Shown here in pieces: positions 1 through 12,974 of a stretch of 64,000 bases of DNA; the first letter of the stretch is position 1; the number at the start of each line of letters is the position of its first letter. The DNA comes from the human T2T-CHM13v2.0 reference genome, Homo sapiens. Under the pieces are notes generated by a model. It saw nothing but the letters and a program-made list of their open reading frames with translations, made no database searches and was not told where the DNA came from. The stretch lies in assembly GCF_009914755.1 (NCBI RefSeq), contig NC_060936.1. One strand, written 5' to 3'. The position numbers were made by a program, and so were the translations under genes.

Positions 1-226
1 CTAGTCTAAGGAAGAAGCCATTCTGAGGAGGATGGCCATGCAGAGAGATGAATGGAACCTGGGACAAGTTGACATTGCTGAGCTGTTTACTTTGCCAACT
101 CAGCACCCCCACTCCCCGCCACTGGATCTTCGGGCTTTCTAAGAGAGAGAATAAGACCCTTCATTGCAGAAGTCTGATGAGCCAGGATTTTCTGTAGCTA
201 CAGCTGAAAACATTGAAATGATACAA
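1..226 (+). mobile_element. Old MaLR LTR (MLT1J/K/L-like), 3' part, truncated by window start
   Basis: Ends with an MLT1-type terminus (ttttctgtagctacagctgaaaacattgaaatgataca). Highly diverged. Confidence 0.5.
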
Positions 227-619
227 CTTATTTGTAAATGGCCATGTTTTACAGAAAATTAATTGTATTAGAAAAATTCATTTTCTCCTCAGAAGACCAT
301 GAACTTCTTGAGGGCAGAGATTGTATTTTGTGATTTAATGATGCTCAGAACTAGGCACAGTGAGTCCTTTTGAAGTTGTTTTGTTTAGTTTTGTTTTCAT
401 TACATTTTGGGATAACTCGTGGTATTCTTAAGGCCACCTCTGCAAGTATACTATAGCAATTTTCTCTGCTTTGCACTCTGAAGACCATAAAGGTGAATAA
501 GATTTGAATATATCCCTAGATAGCTTTAAATATAGTAGAAGAGGCAGATGTACACACAAGGTATAATCCATGGAAAAATAGGAAATAGGAAGACCATTAT
601 GATATTTATTTTCTATCAA

Positions 620-960
620 GCAGAATTGAGTTCATCTACAAGTAACGGTGAAATTAATCATAATGGATTAAACATTAGAGATTGTTTTTCCTCATGTGAC
701 AGCATTTCTAGAGGTTACTGGAGTTAGTACAGAAGTTTAGAGGAATCAAGAGAATGTTTTGGAAGAGTTAGTACAGCAGTTTAGAGGAATCAAGAGAATG
801 TTTTGGAATCCTTTGGCTTTTTCCTTATCATTGAAAAATGACCACTGTATCTCAAGCCATCACATCCTAATCAACACAAAAATATCTGAAAGAGATGATG
901 CCAGCCATATCTCTCCTATTATCCATAAACAAAAGTTTGGCAAGAAATGCCTCACAGTGA
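620..960 (-). mobile_element. Old ERVL/MaLR LTR fragment (LTR33/MLT1-like)
   Basis: Resembles the antisense LTR33/MLT1 start (gagttcatctacaagtaac...taatggattaaaca...ctcatgtgac). Confidence 0.4.
721..808. repeat. 44-bp tandem duplication (2 copies, 1 mismatch)
   Basis: gagttagtacag(a/c)agtttagaggaatcaagagaatgttttggaa at 721-764 and 765-808. Confidence 0.95.
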
Positions 961-1095
961 TTTATATGTAGACTTGTAATTTAACTTAGGTCAAACAATC
1001 ACTCTCATCTCAAGCAATTTTAAGCTTGAGAAGTAAAGGGGATTGAGTATCAAATAGACAGCTATTACAGAATGCCACTTACCTGATGTATGACT

Positions 1096-1230
1096 TGAGC
1101 TGGAGCCTGGAAATAGTTGAGGCTGGAGAGGGAGGTAGAACAAGATTATGAGGCTGTGGCTGGGCTGGGTAGCTTTGTCTATTCTCCAAGAGCAAAGGGG
1201 AAGAACATGGCCCCATGATGGCACGCGCTG
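1096..1230. repeat. Copy A of ~135-bp dispersed direct repeat (L2-like sequence)
   Basis: Aligns to 3084-3215, including a 28-nt exact match gctttgtctattctccaagagcaaaggg. Confidence 0.9.
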
Positions 1231-1624
1231 AGCATACTCAAAGACTGTGAGAAGGAAAGAGGATTTAATTTCATTTAAACATGATCACTTGACAAGATGT
1301 CCATACTATGATATCTAAAGTAGGTTTTATATATTTTGTCTTGGAACTTGTCTTAGACATTTAGGTATTGAAAACACTGAGATGAAGAAGACAGAGAATT
1401 GCTTCATGCTTTTATTTCACCCACAAAAAGGAAGTTGTTGACTAAAGTTGCTCTCCTCTGGAGGAATAAATTATAAATGGGATTTAAGTTTTCATTAGTA
1501 GCATATTATTGGGTAGCTATGTTGAGGTAAAGAACTTCAAGTTTAACCAGGACATTCTCTGAATTTCCCAAAATATCAATTTTAAACATAACTCACTGTT
1601 ACTAATGTTTGAAAATGCAACTTC

Positions 1625-2460
1625 ACAAATTAATTGGGATATAATTCATAGACCATACAACCGTTCATTTAAAGGGTACAATTAAATGGTTTTATTAGGT
1701 TCACAGCTACCAGAAAAATCTGATTTTAGAACATTTTCACCCTGCAAGAAGAAACTCTGTGCCCACTGCCAGCCACTCCCATGACCCTCCATCTCCACCC
1801 TCCGGGTGCTAAGTAACGACTAATTTACATTTCATCTCTATAATTTTGCCTGTTCTTGACGTTTCATACAAATAAAATCACATAACATATGATGATCTCT
1901 TGGGACAGGATCCTCTCATTTACCATAATGTTGTTAAGGTTCACCCTTGCTGTAGCATGAGTCAGTACTTCATTTTTTTTAATGGATGAGTGCTATGCTA
2001 TTGTCTAGATAGACCATAGTTTGTTTATGCATTCAAGTGGACAGACGTTTGGGTTGTTTTCATTCCATGATTATTATGACTATATTGCTCTGAAAATTCC
2101 TGTACAAGCTTTTGTGTGCACACATTTTCATCCTTCTTAAGTATATACCTACGTGTGGAATTGCTGGGTCATTTAGCAACTATGTTTAGCTTTTTGAAGA
2201 ACATCCAACTGTTTTCCAAAGGGGTTGCATTATTTTATATTCTCACCAGGAATTATGAAGCTTTCCATTTCTCCACATCCTCATCAACATTAGTTATTAC
2301 TTGTCTTTTAATTACAGCCACCCTAGTAGTTGTGAAGTATAACCTTACTGTGGTTTTGATTTACATTTCCCTCATGGCTAACGACGTTGAGCATCTCTTC
2401 CTTTGCTAACTATCCATCTGTGTACTTTTTTCAAAGAAAAATACCTTTTCAAATACTTTG
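1625..2460 (-). mobile_element. L1MB-type LINE-1 3' fragment
   Basis: Antisense L1M 3' end (taattgggatataattcata...aaagggtacaatt...) through ORF2/3'UTR sequence (gtggttttgatttacatttccctcatggctaacgacgttgagcatct). Confidence 0.85.
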
Positions 2461-2569
2461 TTGGAGAATGACATTCACTGGGGCAGGAGGCAGAGGTGAA
2501 TGAGGCTAGAGATGGAAAGAGCTACACCCACATCTGAGCTTCATAGGATCTGTCATGTTTTGTCCATTT

Positions 2570-3030
2570 CAGGTATTCTCACTGGTGACTTACACTCTAG
2601 AAATTACTGAGGACCCCAAAGATGTTTTGTTTCTATGCCTCAGATGCATCTATATTTAATACATTATTGCAATAATGTAATTTATTATTGTGATGTTAAT
2701 ATATAATATTAATACAATATTAAACATTGAGATATTTAAAATATTTCATTTAAAAATAACAAAAACCAATTAAAGGTGAATATACATAAAATATTTTTAT
2801 GAAAAAATATATTTTTCAAAAGAAAATTACTCTGAGGATAGCAGCATTGTACTATATTTTTGCAATTATGCATAATGTTTTCTTTAATAGAAGACAGCAG
2901 GAATCTCATCTCTCCTTCTGCATTCCATTTGAGACAAGATGTTTGAATTGAAGCAAATAAGAAACATACAAAAAAATGACATAAGTAAAGAAGCTATGGC
3001 CTCACCCCGATATGTTGCTGGCAGGAGAGA
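2570..3030. mobile_element. hAT-Charlie DNA transposon relic (MER119-like)
   Basis: Matches recalled consensus motifs ttacactct..aaattactgaggaccccaaag and ttaatagaagacagc..gaatctcat..cttctgcattc. Confidence 0.6.
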
Positions 3031-3083
3031 CAACAGCAAACACAGGAAACTCAAGGAAAATCAGTGTGGCTAGAGACAGATGC

Positions 3084-3215
3084 TGAACTGGAGCCTGGAA
3101 TGAGTTGAGGCTGGAGAGGGAGGTAGGGCAAGACTCAGGCTGTGGCTGGGCTGAGTGGCTTTGTCTATTCTCCAAGAGCAAAGGGAAGAACATGGTCCCA
3201 TGACAGCACACTCTG
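3084..3215. repeat. Copy B of ~135-bp dispersed direct repeat
   Basis: Aligns to 1096-1230. Confidence 0.9.
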
Positions 3216-3335
3216 GGAAAATGAGACTTCTGAATTGGGGACCTTGAAACAGGAGGGCCCACATTACCAGCCGTGTAGGAAGCATCTGTTCAGCAGCAGA
3301 ATGCGAAGAGGATGGTGGGGGGCACTGCCTCCCTG

Positions 3336-3934
3336 TGTAACCATAATGGGTCCCTTACCCAAAATATGCAGCAAATCAACACCTGGAGGCACGGGGTTGC
3401 AGCAGAGAAAGAGCTTTAATCGTAAGGCCACCGAAGGAGGACATGGGAGGAAACCTCAAATCCATCTCCGCCAGGAATTCGGGGCTAAGGTTTGAAGAGA
3501 TTTGGAGTGGGCTGAAGGGTGGAAATTGTTGATTGGTTGGAGCACAGGGTGAAGTCATGGGCCAGAGAGAGGAAGAAGTTGTATTTTCATGCCGATCTCA
3601 TTCCTCTGTGGGGGCCTACACACTAGTTGCTAGAATGTGTGGTCTGAAAAACATCCTAAGCAATCCTTAAACAAAAGCCCCATGAGCTGATTGTCAGAGG
3701 TCCTGTCGACAGGAGCAATGGGAATGCAAGTCAATCCTTCAACAGTCTCATGACCCTGTGTCCTAAATCCTGTCTGTAGGAACAACAGGGAAGCACCTGG
3801 TGAGGACCTGGTGCTACCGGGCTTCTAGCAACAAGGAAGGAGCCAGAGTGCAGCCAGATGCATCCTTAACCATAACTCTATTTCTGTCCAAAACCTTGTA
3901 TACAATTCTTATCAATCCTGGGGGGATGGTTTCA
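3336..3934 (-). mobile_element. ERV1 (MER4-group) solo LTR, MER72/MER87/LOR1-like
   Basis: TG...CA termini (tgtaacc...gatggtttca), flanks ccctg/cccag, and internal motifs (gggaggaaacctcaaatccatctcc, ccttaaacaaaagcc). Confidence 0.75.
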
Positions 3935-4054
3935 CCCAGGGCCTGACATGGGAAAGGCTGCTGAGGTCAACAGAGACAGCAGCGGAAGCCCTGGCAGTGG
4001 TGGAAGTCACCATGGGTGGCTGAGAGGCGTCCCACTCCAAGTTCTGTGCTGAGT

Positions 4055-5120
4055 GCACATTGCAGTTTGGTTTTTGCGGGGAAGGAGATTCTGAAATTTG
4101 AGTTTAGCATGCAAGACATTTATTTGGGAGTGTCCTTGATATAAACATCTATGGGAGAAGGGGGAGAAAGCTGGCAGAGACGGAGGTTGAGCTTGGAGGT
4201 GGTCCTGGCGGCCTCAGCCCATTCTGTTGGTGCTCAGGAGCCCACATGGCCTGTCAGAGCTGTGCTCCATCGGGTCAGGCATTTACTCCTCAGCAATGGT
4301 AACCACCCAAGGGGTTCACCTTGCCCTCTGCCTAAACAGAGTGGATTCATCAAGACAGGGGAATTGCAACAAAGAAAGAGTAATTCACGCAGAGCCAGCT
4401 GTGCAGGAGACCAGAGTTTTACCATTACTCAAATCAGTCTCCCCGAGCATTCAGGGAGTAGAGTTTTTAAGGACAACTTGCTGGGTTGGGGGAAGTCAGT
4501 GAGCCAGGAGTGCTGATTGGTCAGAGATAAAATCACAGGGAGTCGAGGCTGTCGTCTTGCACTGAGTCAGTTCCTGGGTGGGGGTCACAAGATCATATGG
4601 GCCAGTTTATCCATCTGGGTGGTGCCAGCTGACTCATCAAGTGCAGGGTCTGCAAAACGTCTCAAGCCCTGATCTTAGGGGCAGCTTAGGGAGGGTCAGA
4701 ATCTTGTAGCCTCCAGCTGCATGACTCCCAAACCATAATTTCTAATCCTGTGGCTAATGTTAGTCCTACAAAGGCAATCTAGTCCCCAGGCAAGAAGGAG
4801 GTCTGCTTTGGGAAAGGGCTGTTCCCATCTTTGTTTACACTATAAACTTTGTTTAAACTATATAAAACTATAAACTTTGTTTAAACTATAAACTAAGTTT
4901 CTCCCAAGGTTAGTTCAGCCTAAGCCTAGGAATGAACAAGAACAGCTTGGAGGTTAGAAGCAAGATAGAGTCGATTAAGTTAGGTCTCAGTCATAATTTT
5001 GCAAAGGCTGTTTCACGATTATTACTATTATTGGTTATGAGCCACCCCTAAAACGGCATGACCTTCATGGGAAAGATTTTCTGCACTGGCAACAATGCGG
5101 CCGAGATTTGAGGGCTGTGT
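4055..5120 (-). mobile_element. LTR16A (ERVL) LTR, interrupted by LTR8
   Basis: gagattctga...tttatttgggagtgtccttg...ggcctcagccc up to 4297. Homology resumes after 5019 (attggttatgagccacccc...ggcatgacctt). Confidence 0.6.
4298..5015 (-). mobile_element. LTR8 solo LTR (ERV1)
   Basis: Begins gtaaccacccaaggggttcaccttgccc and ends cataattttgcaaaggctgtttca. 4-bp TSD caat/cgat. Confidence 0.9.
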
Positions 5121-5295
5121 TCCGGTCATTTGTGACCCCCTGTCACCATGGTGTTTTAAATAGTTGGTCTCATTTGCTCTTCATATCAACCCTACGAAGC
5201 AGTGACCTTATTTTCCTCTTCGACAGGTGAACAAACAGACGCATAATAGCTCTTGAGCTTGCCATTGGGAAGTGAAAATCAACTGCTTGAATAAA

Positions 5296-5746
5296 TGTAA
5301 GGACTCAGGTAAGATACATGGGTATAGACCAAGACAGCCCTAATGTTCCTCTCAGCTTAACTCTTCTTGCTGCCACCAGCTCCCTGGTTTCCCTATTCTT
5401 AGAGCATTTACTTCAGAAGACTTGCCTTTGCGGCTCTTTCTCTGCCCCTTGGAGAGGGAAATCTGCTCCAAATCCTCCTGCCAGTGCTAAAAACCTGACC
5501 TGTCTTTCTCAAGGACCTGGGAGACATTCATTTGAAATGTAGACATCCAGGAACATGGGCTGCCCTATCTCCCCATCTCTGTGGGAGGGAAGTTGCCTAA
5601 CTTCAGCGGGAGTCTTGCTCCAAATGTTAAAACTCCCTCTTGTCATAAAGATACGAGAAAGTTCACTTTTCCTTTGGGGAAAGCTGATTCACCAAGACGG
5701 ATGGCCTACAATTCCCTGACCCCAGGTCTTCACATGTGCGCGCACG

Positions 5747-5787
<41 letters not shown>

Positions 5788-5893
5788 TCTTCAGAGGAGC
5801 TGTGCTCAAACTGAGTTCTGGTCTCTTTACCGTATTGCAGTAGCTTTGAATGAAGCCTTCCTTAACTTTGCCCAGTGCAATTTGGTTTTGACA
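5296..5893 (+). mobile_element. MER67-family solo LTR (ERV1)
   Basis: tgtaa...tgaca termini. Characteristic cttagagcatttact, tgtctttctcaaggacctgggag, ctctgtgggaggg. Confidence 0.7.
5731..5785. repeat. (CG)n(CA)n compound microsatellite, 55 bp of perfect purine-pyrimidine alternation
   Basis: cacatgtgcgcgcacgcgcgcgcg(ca)n read directly. Confidence 0.95.
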
Positions 5894-6031
5894 GTTCCGT
5901 TCAAAACCGTGGGCTAGAAGATACAGTGGAATCAGGTTTAGAAACTCTAATGCATGGGTGAATGAGATAGGCAAGGAGAATTTGGCCATATACAAGATGG
6001 AATGGGGAAGATGCTGGAAGGTGGAGACCCC

Positions 6032-6458
6032 ACTAGGGGAGTGAATAGTGTCCCCGCAAAATTACATCTAACATCCAACTCCTGGCACCTGTGAGCCTTA
6101 TTTTGGAACTAGGATTTTTGCAGGTGTAATTGAGTTAAGGATCTTGAGATCATACCATCCTTGATTTAGGGTGGGCCCTAAATCCAAATAGTGGTGTCCT
6201 TATAAAATAAAGGAGCGGAAGATATGGGACACAGGGAAGGAGGCCTGTGAAGACAGAGGTGGAGATGAGAGTGAAGCTGCCACCAGAAGAGGCAGGAAGA
6301 CCTGGAGGCAGCACAGGCAAGGGAGGATCCTCCCCTAGAGCCTTCAGAGGGAGTGCGACTCTGCCGGGGAAACTTCCGGCTTCCTGTACTGTGAGAGAAT
6401 CAACCTGTATTGTTTCTGGCCGTTAAGTTTGTTGTGTCTGCCTCAGGAAATGAAGGCA
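6032..6458 (+). mobile_element. MLT1B/C MaLR LTR
   Basis: gaatagtgtcccc...ttggaactagg...gtgggccctaaatcca...tcccctagagccttcagagggag...tgtgagagaat. Confidence 0.8.
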
Positions 6459-6571
6459 CCCATCTAAAAGCTCCATGGTTGTTACTCTGAAGAAATGTGG
6501 TAGTAGATCCCTTAGATTTGCCAGAAAGTGCCAGAAATCTGTCATTTGCTGTCAGATCCTTTTATTTTTAA

Positions 6572-6911
<340 letters not shown>

Positions 6912-7104
6912 TTAGATCCTTTTATTTTTAAATGTCAGCAAACAACTGATTTTTTTCCCTCAGTTCTTTGCAGGCCAGCGTGTAAGGGGGAAAGCAGGTA
7001 AGAAACAAGTCTCCGGGGGCAAGCACAGGCTCCAAGTAGCACATTAAGAACCTAGATTTGATTTTGAATTTGAGCTGCATGGAATTGTTCCAGGTGAGTG
7101 GTGA

Positions 7105-7512
<408 letters not shown>

Positions 7513-7613
7513 GGACCATCTTTTGCTACTTCAGACATGGTCCTATGTCTCAGCCTAGAAGTGTGGAAGAATGAACCTGGATCGTTGAGTAGAAGGCACA
7601 TCACGCAAAACAC

Positions 7614-8360
7614 TGAAACTGCCTTTGCAAAAATCAGGGTAGTGAGAGAAGGTCTTGCATGACTGACTCCATCTTGCCTCAAGCCTCACAAGCCAGCTAT
7701 CTTCACTCATTCCTGAGCACAGGCCAAGCTAACCATGGGAGGAATTTATAGTTTAACTTAGAGCAAGGATGACAATAGTCCCTTCCTAAAACTAATTCCT
7801 CCTTGCTCAGGGACCAAAAACTAATGAAAGGCCTCAAGATGAGGATCATGGGAGGAGTCTGAATTCTGCTAAAATGTAGGCAGTTTCTATCATCCTTACT
7901 ACTCAGGAGTCATGTGGCCAGAGGTCACAAGATTTGAGCCTTCCCCAGTTGCTCCTATGGATAACATCACTACTGTAGAACCTAAGATTGGTCTCTTGAG
8001 ATGTTTTTCAGACCTCTGCATTCTGGCAATCAACTGACCTCAACTGGAATCACGAGTCATGACTGAACCGGTCCTGTGGCCCCACCTGGGGATAAACTCA
8101 GCACACAAGGATCATTTTCCACACCTCTATGATTTCATAGGCAACCAATCAACGGCACCCATTTTTTAGCCTCCTGCTCGCCAAAGCATCTTTGAAAAAT
8201 CCTAACCTCCAAGCCTTCGGGGAGACCGATTTGAGTAATAACTCTGTTCCCTGCATGGCTGGTCTAGTGTCAATTAAACTCTTTCTTTACTGCCATACCA
8301 TAGTCTCAGCGAATTGGTTTTGTCTGTGCAATGGGCAGGAAGAACGTGTCTGGTGAGCAT
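7614..8360 (+). mobile_element. LTR8A/B-like solo LTR (ERV1)
   Basis: Starts tgaaactgcctttgcaaaa. Contains gactccatcttgc and ggagaccgatttgagtaataactc. Confidence 0.85.
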
Positions 8361-8887
8361 CTCCACACATTCAGAAATTGTCCATCTAAGACAATGGAGT
8401 TATTTTCACCCTCAACAAATGCCTCAACTCTGTGACATTTTAAGCAAATCTTAACTTTGACTTATGAATTCAAGAAGGAAAAAAAAAAAAGTAAGAAAAT
8501 GTTGATTGTAATAGTTCCTCTGAACGTCCTTCCCCCTGGGGACAGGCTCCCTTGCTGTTGTGTGGTCACTGTTCCCATTAACCTAACGAAATCTACACTT
8601 GCAAATGAAGTCCTGGGGTCCACACTAAATGTTCACAGTCTGGCCACATGCTAATATTCCATGTGCTAGCCCATATCTTTAAATAGACTCATGGAAATGT
8701 GTTAAACGATATAACAGAATAAAAATCAAGCTTAACTTAAAGATGAGTCTTTTTTCTTCTATATGAGGAAATAAAGCAACTGAACATTTCTTTGCACTTT
8801 ATGTTAAATTAAATGCTAACATGTAGAGAAAAAAGAAAAAATGTACTCTGATGATGAAGGGACTGAGTCAAATTCACAACCAGGGTC

Positions 8888-9137
8888 TTTTTTTTTTTTT
8901 TTTTTGAGACAGAGTCTCACTCTGTCGCCCAGGCTGGAGTGCAGCAGTGGGATCTCGGCTCACTGAAACCTCTGCCTCCCGGGTTCAAGCGATTCTCCTG
9001 CCTCAGCTTCCCGAGTAGGTGGGGCTATAGGCACGTGCCTGTAGTACATGCAGTATAGTACTGGCATGCCTGGCTATTTTTTGTATTTTTAGTAGAGACA
9101 GGGTTTCACCGTGTTAGCCAGGATGGTCTCCATCTCC
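8888..9137 (-). mobile_element. 5'-truncated AluS(c)-like element with internal insertion
   Basis: Alu body stops in the left monomer. TSD a(a/g)ccagggtc on both sides. Confidence 0.9.
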
Positions 9138-9514
9138 AGCCAGGGTCGTTTTAGTGAATGAGAACTGTGAATCGGAACCCACAAAAAACATTTTTAGCAA
9201 TCAGTTGGCTTTATTTTATTTGAAGATAATCTCAGCCATTTGCTTTGCATTGGAATTCATTTTGTTTTGATCTGTTTTGCTAACAAATCAGGCATTCAGT
9301 TTTGCGCACCACAGGGGCAGGCAGCATACGTGTTTTCTAAACCAGTGTCTACCCATTGCTTTGCAGAACACCAGACATGGGTGCTCCAGTCCACGTAGTG
9401 TTGAGGCAGTGAAGTTTGTGTTCCAGGAACTTCAGAACTCCTGAATGTATTGGTGTTGATAAAAGGTGATGAGATGAAGTAGAATGACCATAAACTTAGA
9501 GGTTGGTAACATGT

Positions 9515-9600
9515 GTCCTAGCCCCTTGTCTGCGGTAAATCTCAGGAAAACAATACGCCCTTCTTAGGTTTCATTATCTCATCTGTAAATGAAACTGTTA
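9515..9600 (+). mobile_element. MIR fragment
   Basis: MIR core-like ttcattatctcatctgtaaatg. Confidence 0.45.
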
Positions 9601-9683
9601 GACAAAGTCAGCACAGAGGACACATGCTTTGGCTGGAATGTGAGATAATTTTAGGTGTCATCACTCTTAATGTTAAATAATAT

Positions 9684-9985
<302 letters not shown>

Positions 9986-10399
9986 TCATTTCCCATTAGC
10001 ATCTTCTTTTGTCCTTCTGGTGATAAGAAAGGATCATCTTTTTTGTAATAGCATTTTTTCACACTTTTTGAGCTCCTATTTAAAACAGCAAATCCATGTT
10101 CAGAATTTTGGAGGTATGATTATGTAGGTAGAGCACTATAAAATTGTTCATCTTTATTATATTTATTTTTATGGCAAGATGTAGTGATTTTTTTTCACTT
10201 AGAGTTCAAGAAAAGGTTCGTTTTTAAGTAGATGAATTTAAACACAACAGTGTGTCAATTTATAGACAAATACTGAGAAACAGCATAGGTAGAACTCAGG
10301 AGCGGCAATATTTGCTGGTGGTGCATAAGTCAGTGATATTCATGGGACCCTGCATGCTGGTGTGTCCGGACCCTTGTCATCTTAAAATTGAACCTCTCT

Positions 10400-10926
10400 G
10401 TCTACTGTGTATTCACCTTTCTTTCTAAAAGTGCTGTAGTTTTCTTGGAAGTGGAAAAATAAATATACCTAAACACACACACACACAAAAACTGCGTGGA
10501 TCAATTTCTCTTACAGGTAGACATCACCTTGTGACTCAACAGCAGCCAATAAGATGGAAATAAAGGCCATGAAGTTATCGGATGGCATCTACAAGGAATA
10601 CTTAGATGAGGAGGTGACTCTGGTAGCAATTGTTCTTTTGTCTTTCTCACCTTCCTTCTTGTCCTGTCTGGGATGCTGAAGTGATGGCTGGTATACAGAT
10701 GCCCTGTTGTGATGTTGAGATAAACATGAGAATAAAAGTCAGCGATTACAGATGGCAGAGAAGAGAGAGAAAGATAGGATGTAGGTGGATATTGATGGAA
10801 CTAAGTTTCTATTGCACAAGTTCTACCACTAACCTCTGGACTTCATGATATGTGAGGGAGAAATAAACTCCTATTTTAGAAGAGATCTATGTTACCTGCA
10901 ACTGAACGGAATGCTTAATTGGCACA
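10400..10926 (+). mobile_element. Old MLT1 (I/J-like) MaLR LTR
   Basis: gtgatggctgg...gatggcagag...acctctggacttc...gaaataaac...gttacctgcaactgaa. Confidence 0.65.
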
Positions 10927-11261
10927 TCCTATGTGCTCCAAACCTTCCTTAATTTCTGTGTGTAAGGCATACTTAGTCTTTACCCATTATTCTGTTCACA
11001 TTCATTCACTCGATCAGCCTCCCAACTCTATGGTAAAGAGTTTACTATAGTTTACTCTATTAGTAAGGGAGATTCTGGAGCAAGCCCCACAAATCATAGA
11101 TTGAATACCCATTCATTAAGAGAGAGATTTAAAGATACTTCTATCCAAACACATTTTAAATTTCCAGCACCTTTGAGGTGGTGGAGGTTCATGGTGGTTG
11201 ATAGGGTTTAAATGACTTGTGATTCAAGCTCCATATTACAATGTAACAGTGCAAAAGTTCA

Positions 11262-11642
11262 TTTTTTTAAATTTATTTTACTTTAAGTTCTGGTATACAT
11301 GTGTAGAACATGCGGGTTTGTTACATAGGTATACATGTGCCATGGTAGTTTGCTGCACCTATCAAACCATCACCTAGGTTTTAAGAACCACATGCATTAG
11401 GTATTTGACCTAATGCTCTCCCTCATGTTGCCCCCCAACTCCCTGACAGGGCCCAGTGTGTGATGTTCCCCTCCCTGTGTCCATGTGTTCTCATTGTTCA
11501 ACTCCCACTTATGAGTGAGAACATGTGGTGTTTGATTTTCTGTTCCTGTGTTAGTTTGCTGAGAATGATGGCTTCCAGCTTCATCCATGTCCCTGCAAAG
11601 GACACGAACTCATTCTTTTTTATGGCTTCATAATATTCCATG
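11262..11642 (-). mobile_element. L1PA (PA8-10-like) 3' end
   Basis: tttaagttctggtatacatgtg...ctcccacttatgagtgagaacatg...gtccctgcaaaggac. Confidence 0.92.
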
Positions 11643-12974
11643 AGTCTGGATTTGGTTACAGATAGAGCTGGACGAGCCTTAGCTATATCTAATGGCTTTT
11701 GACATGTTATATCAATTTCTTACTGCTTTTGTAAATGAATATATTAAGAAGAAAAAATTACAAATGACCCTTTCTTTACAAACTTTTAGGTAATCAAGTT
11801 CAGTTATTAAGAAATGGATGTTTGCAACATTCATAGTAATTATTTTCAGAAAATTAAAAATGATTAAAAATTATATTTTCATCCCATTCAGATATTATAT
11901 ATTTAACTGTGAGATAATTCTCAGAGATAAATGTCAACTTTTAAAAAATGCTAAATAAATTAAATCAAAATATCCACTCTAAAATAAATAAATTAGCTCC
12001 GATTATTTCTTCTTTTTAAATTTTTCCTTATAGTTGTAAAAATAAAGTGAACGTTTTGGCTCATTTCCTCATTAAAGTTTGAATTTTCCAGTCACCAGTG
12101 TTTTGTTCTTTCTTACAAATGTTTATATGCCTGGAATGAGAACATTACCCTGTAGAATATTTGGTGGTAGAAGTCCTTCCAATGAGGGAGCAAGCAGGAT
12201 GCCAGCTTAGAATGATTATATAGGCAATAAACTCAAATGTTAATAGGTGTCGAGGAAAGCAGTGTGAGTGGGTTTGGGAGGTTGATCATAAGGCAATAGG
12301 GAATGGTGAGGACTGTGGCAAATGAGGGAGCTTCTGCTCTGCCTAATGTGGGGCACCCAGGACACAACTCCAGAGGCTTCTTTTTTGTGACGTCTTTCAA
12401 TATGTAGGGAAAAGTGGAAAAAAAATCTTGTTTTTTAAACACTGTCATAACAGCAACATAAAATACACTTCTATGACCTATATCCCATCTGTGTGTCTGC
12501 ACGGGACTCAGTGACCTCAGTCTCTTAGGACTAGTGAATAATAAGAGATGTCAGAAAAGAATGGGCTGGGGATAAGTAGAAGTTGACTTCTAGTCTCAGA
12601 AGAATAAAAAAGACAAAGAGATGGGATCCCATCTTTCAATGTACCTTCCATCTTTGAAGTGAGTCTAATAGCTGGAATACAGAATGACTTAAAGCTAATA
12701 AAAGTTAGAATGTTATTAATGCAATTTTTAATTGTTACCAGAAAATAATGCAATTCTTAGTTATCACCAACCTTCCAATATAAGAATATTTCTCCTAATT
12801 TTCTTCCTCTCTGCCCTTCTTCACTAAACATAAACCCAGAACCATGAAAGTCAATTCCTTCTCCCTGGCACTGCTACTCAAGACCCATATTAAGTATTCA
12901 AGTCTTCTAAATTATTTTACTCTCCATACAAAGAAAATAGCATGAGTATTTATAAGTGAGGACAACTCCCAATA

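Noticed and set aside
6029-6043. CTCF-like ccactaggggagtg
   Set aside because: Lacks the GGC core of the consensus and sits at an LTR edge. Too weak to call.
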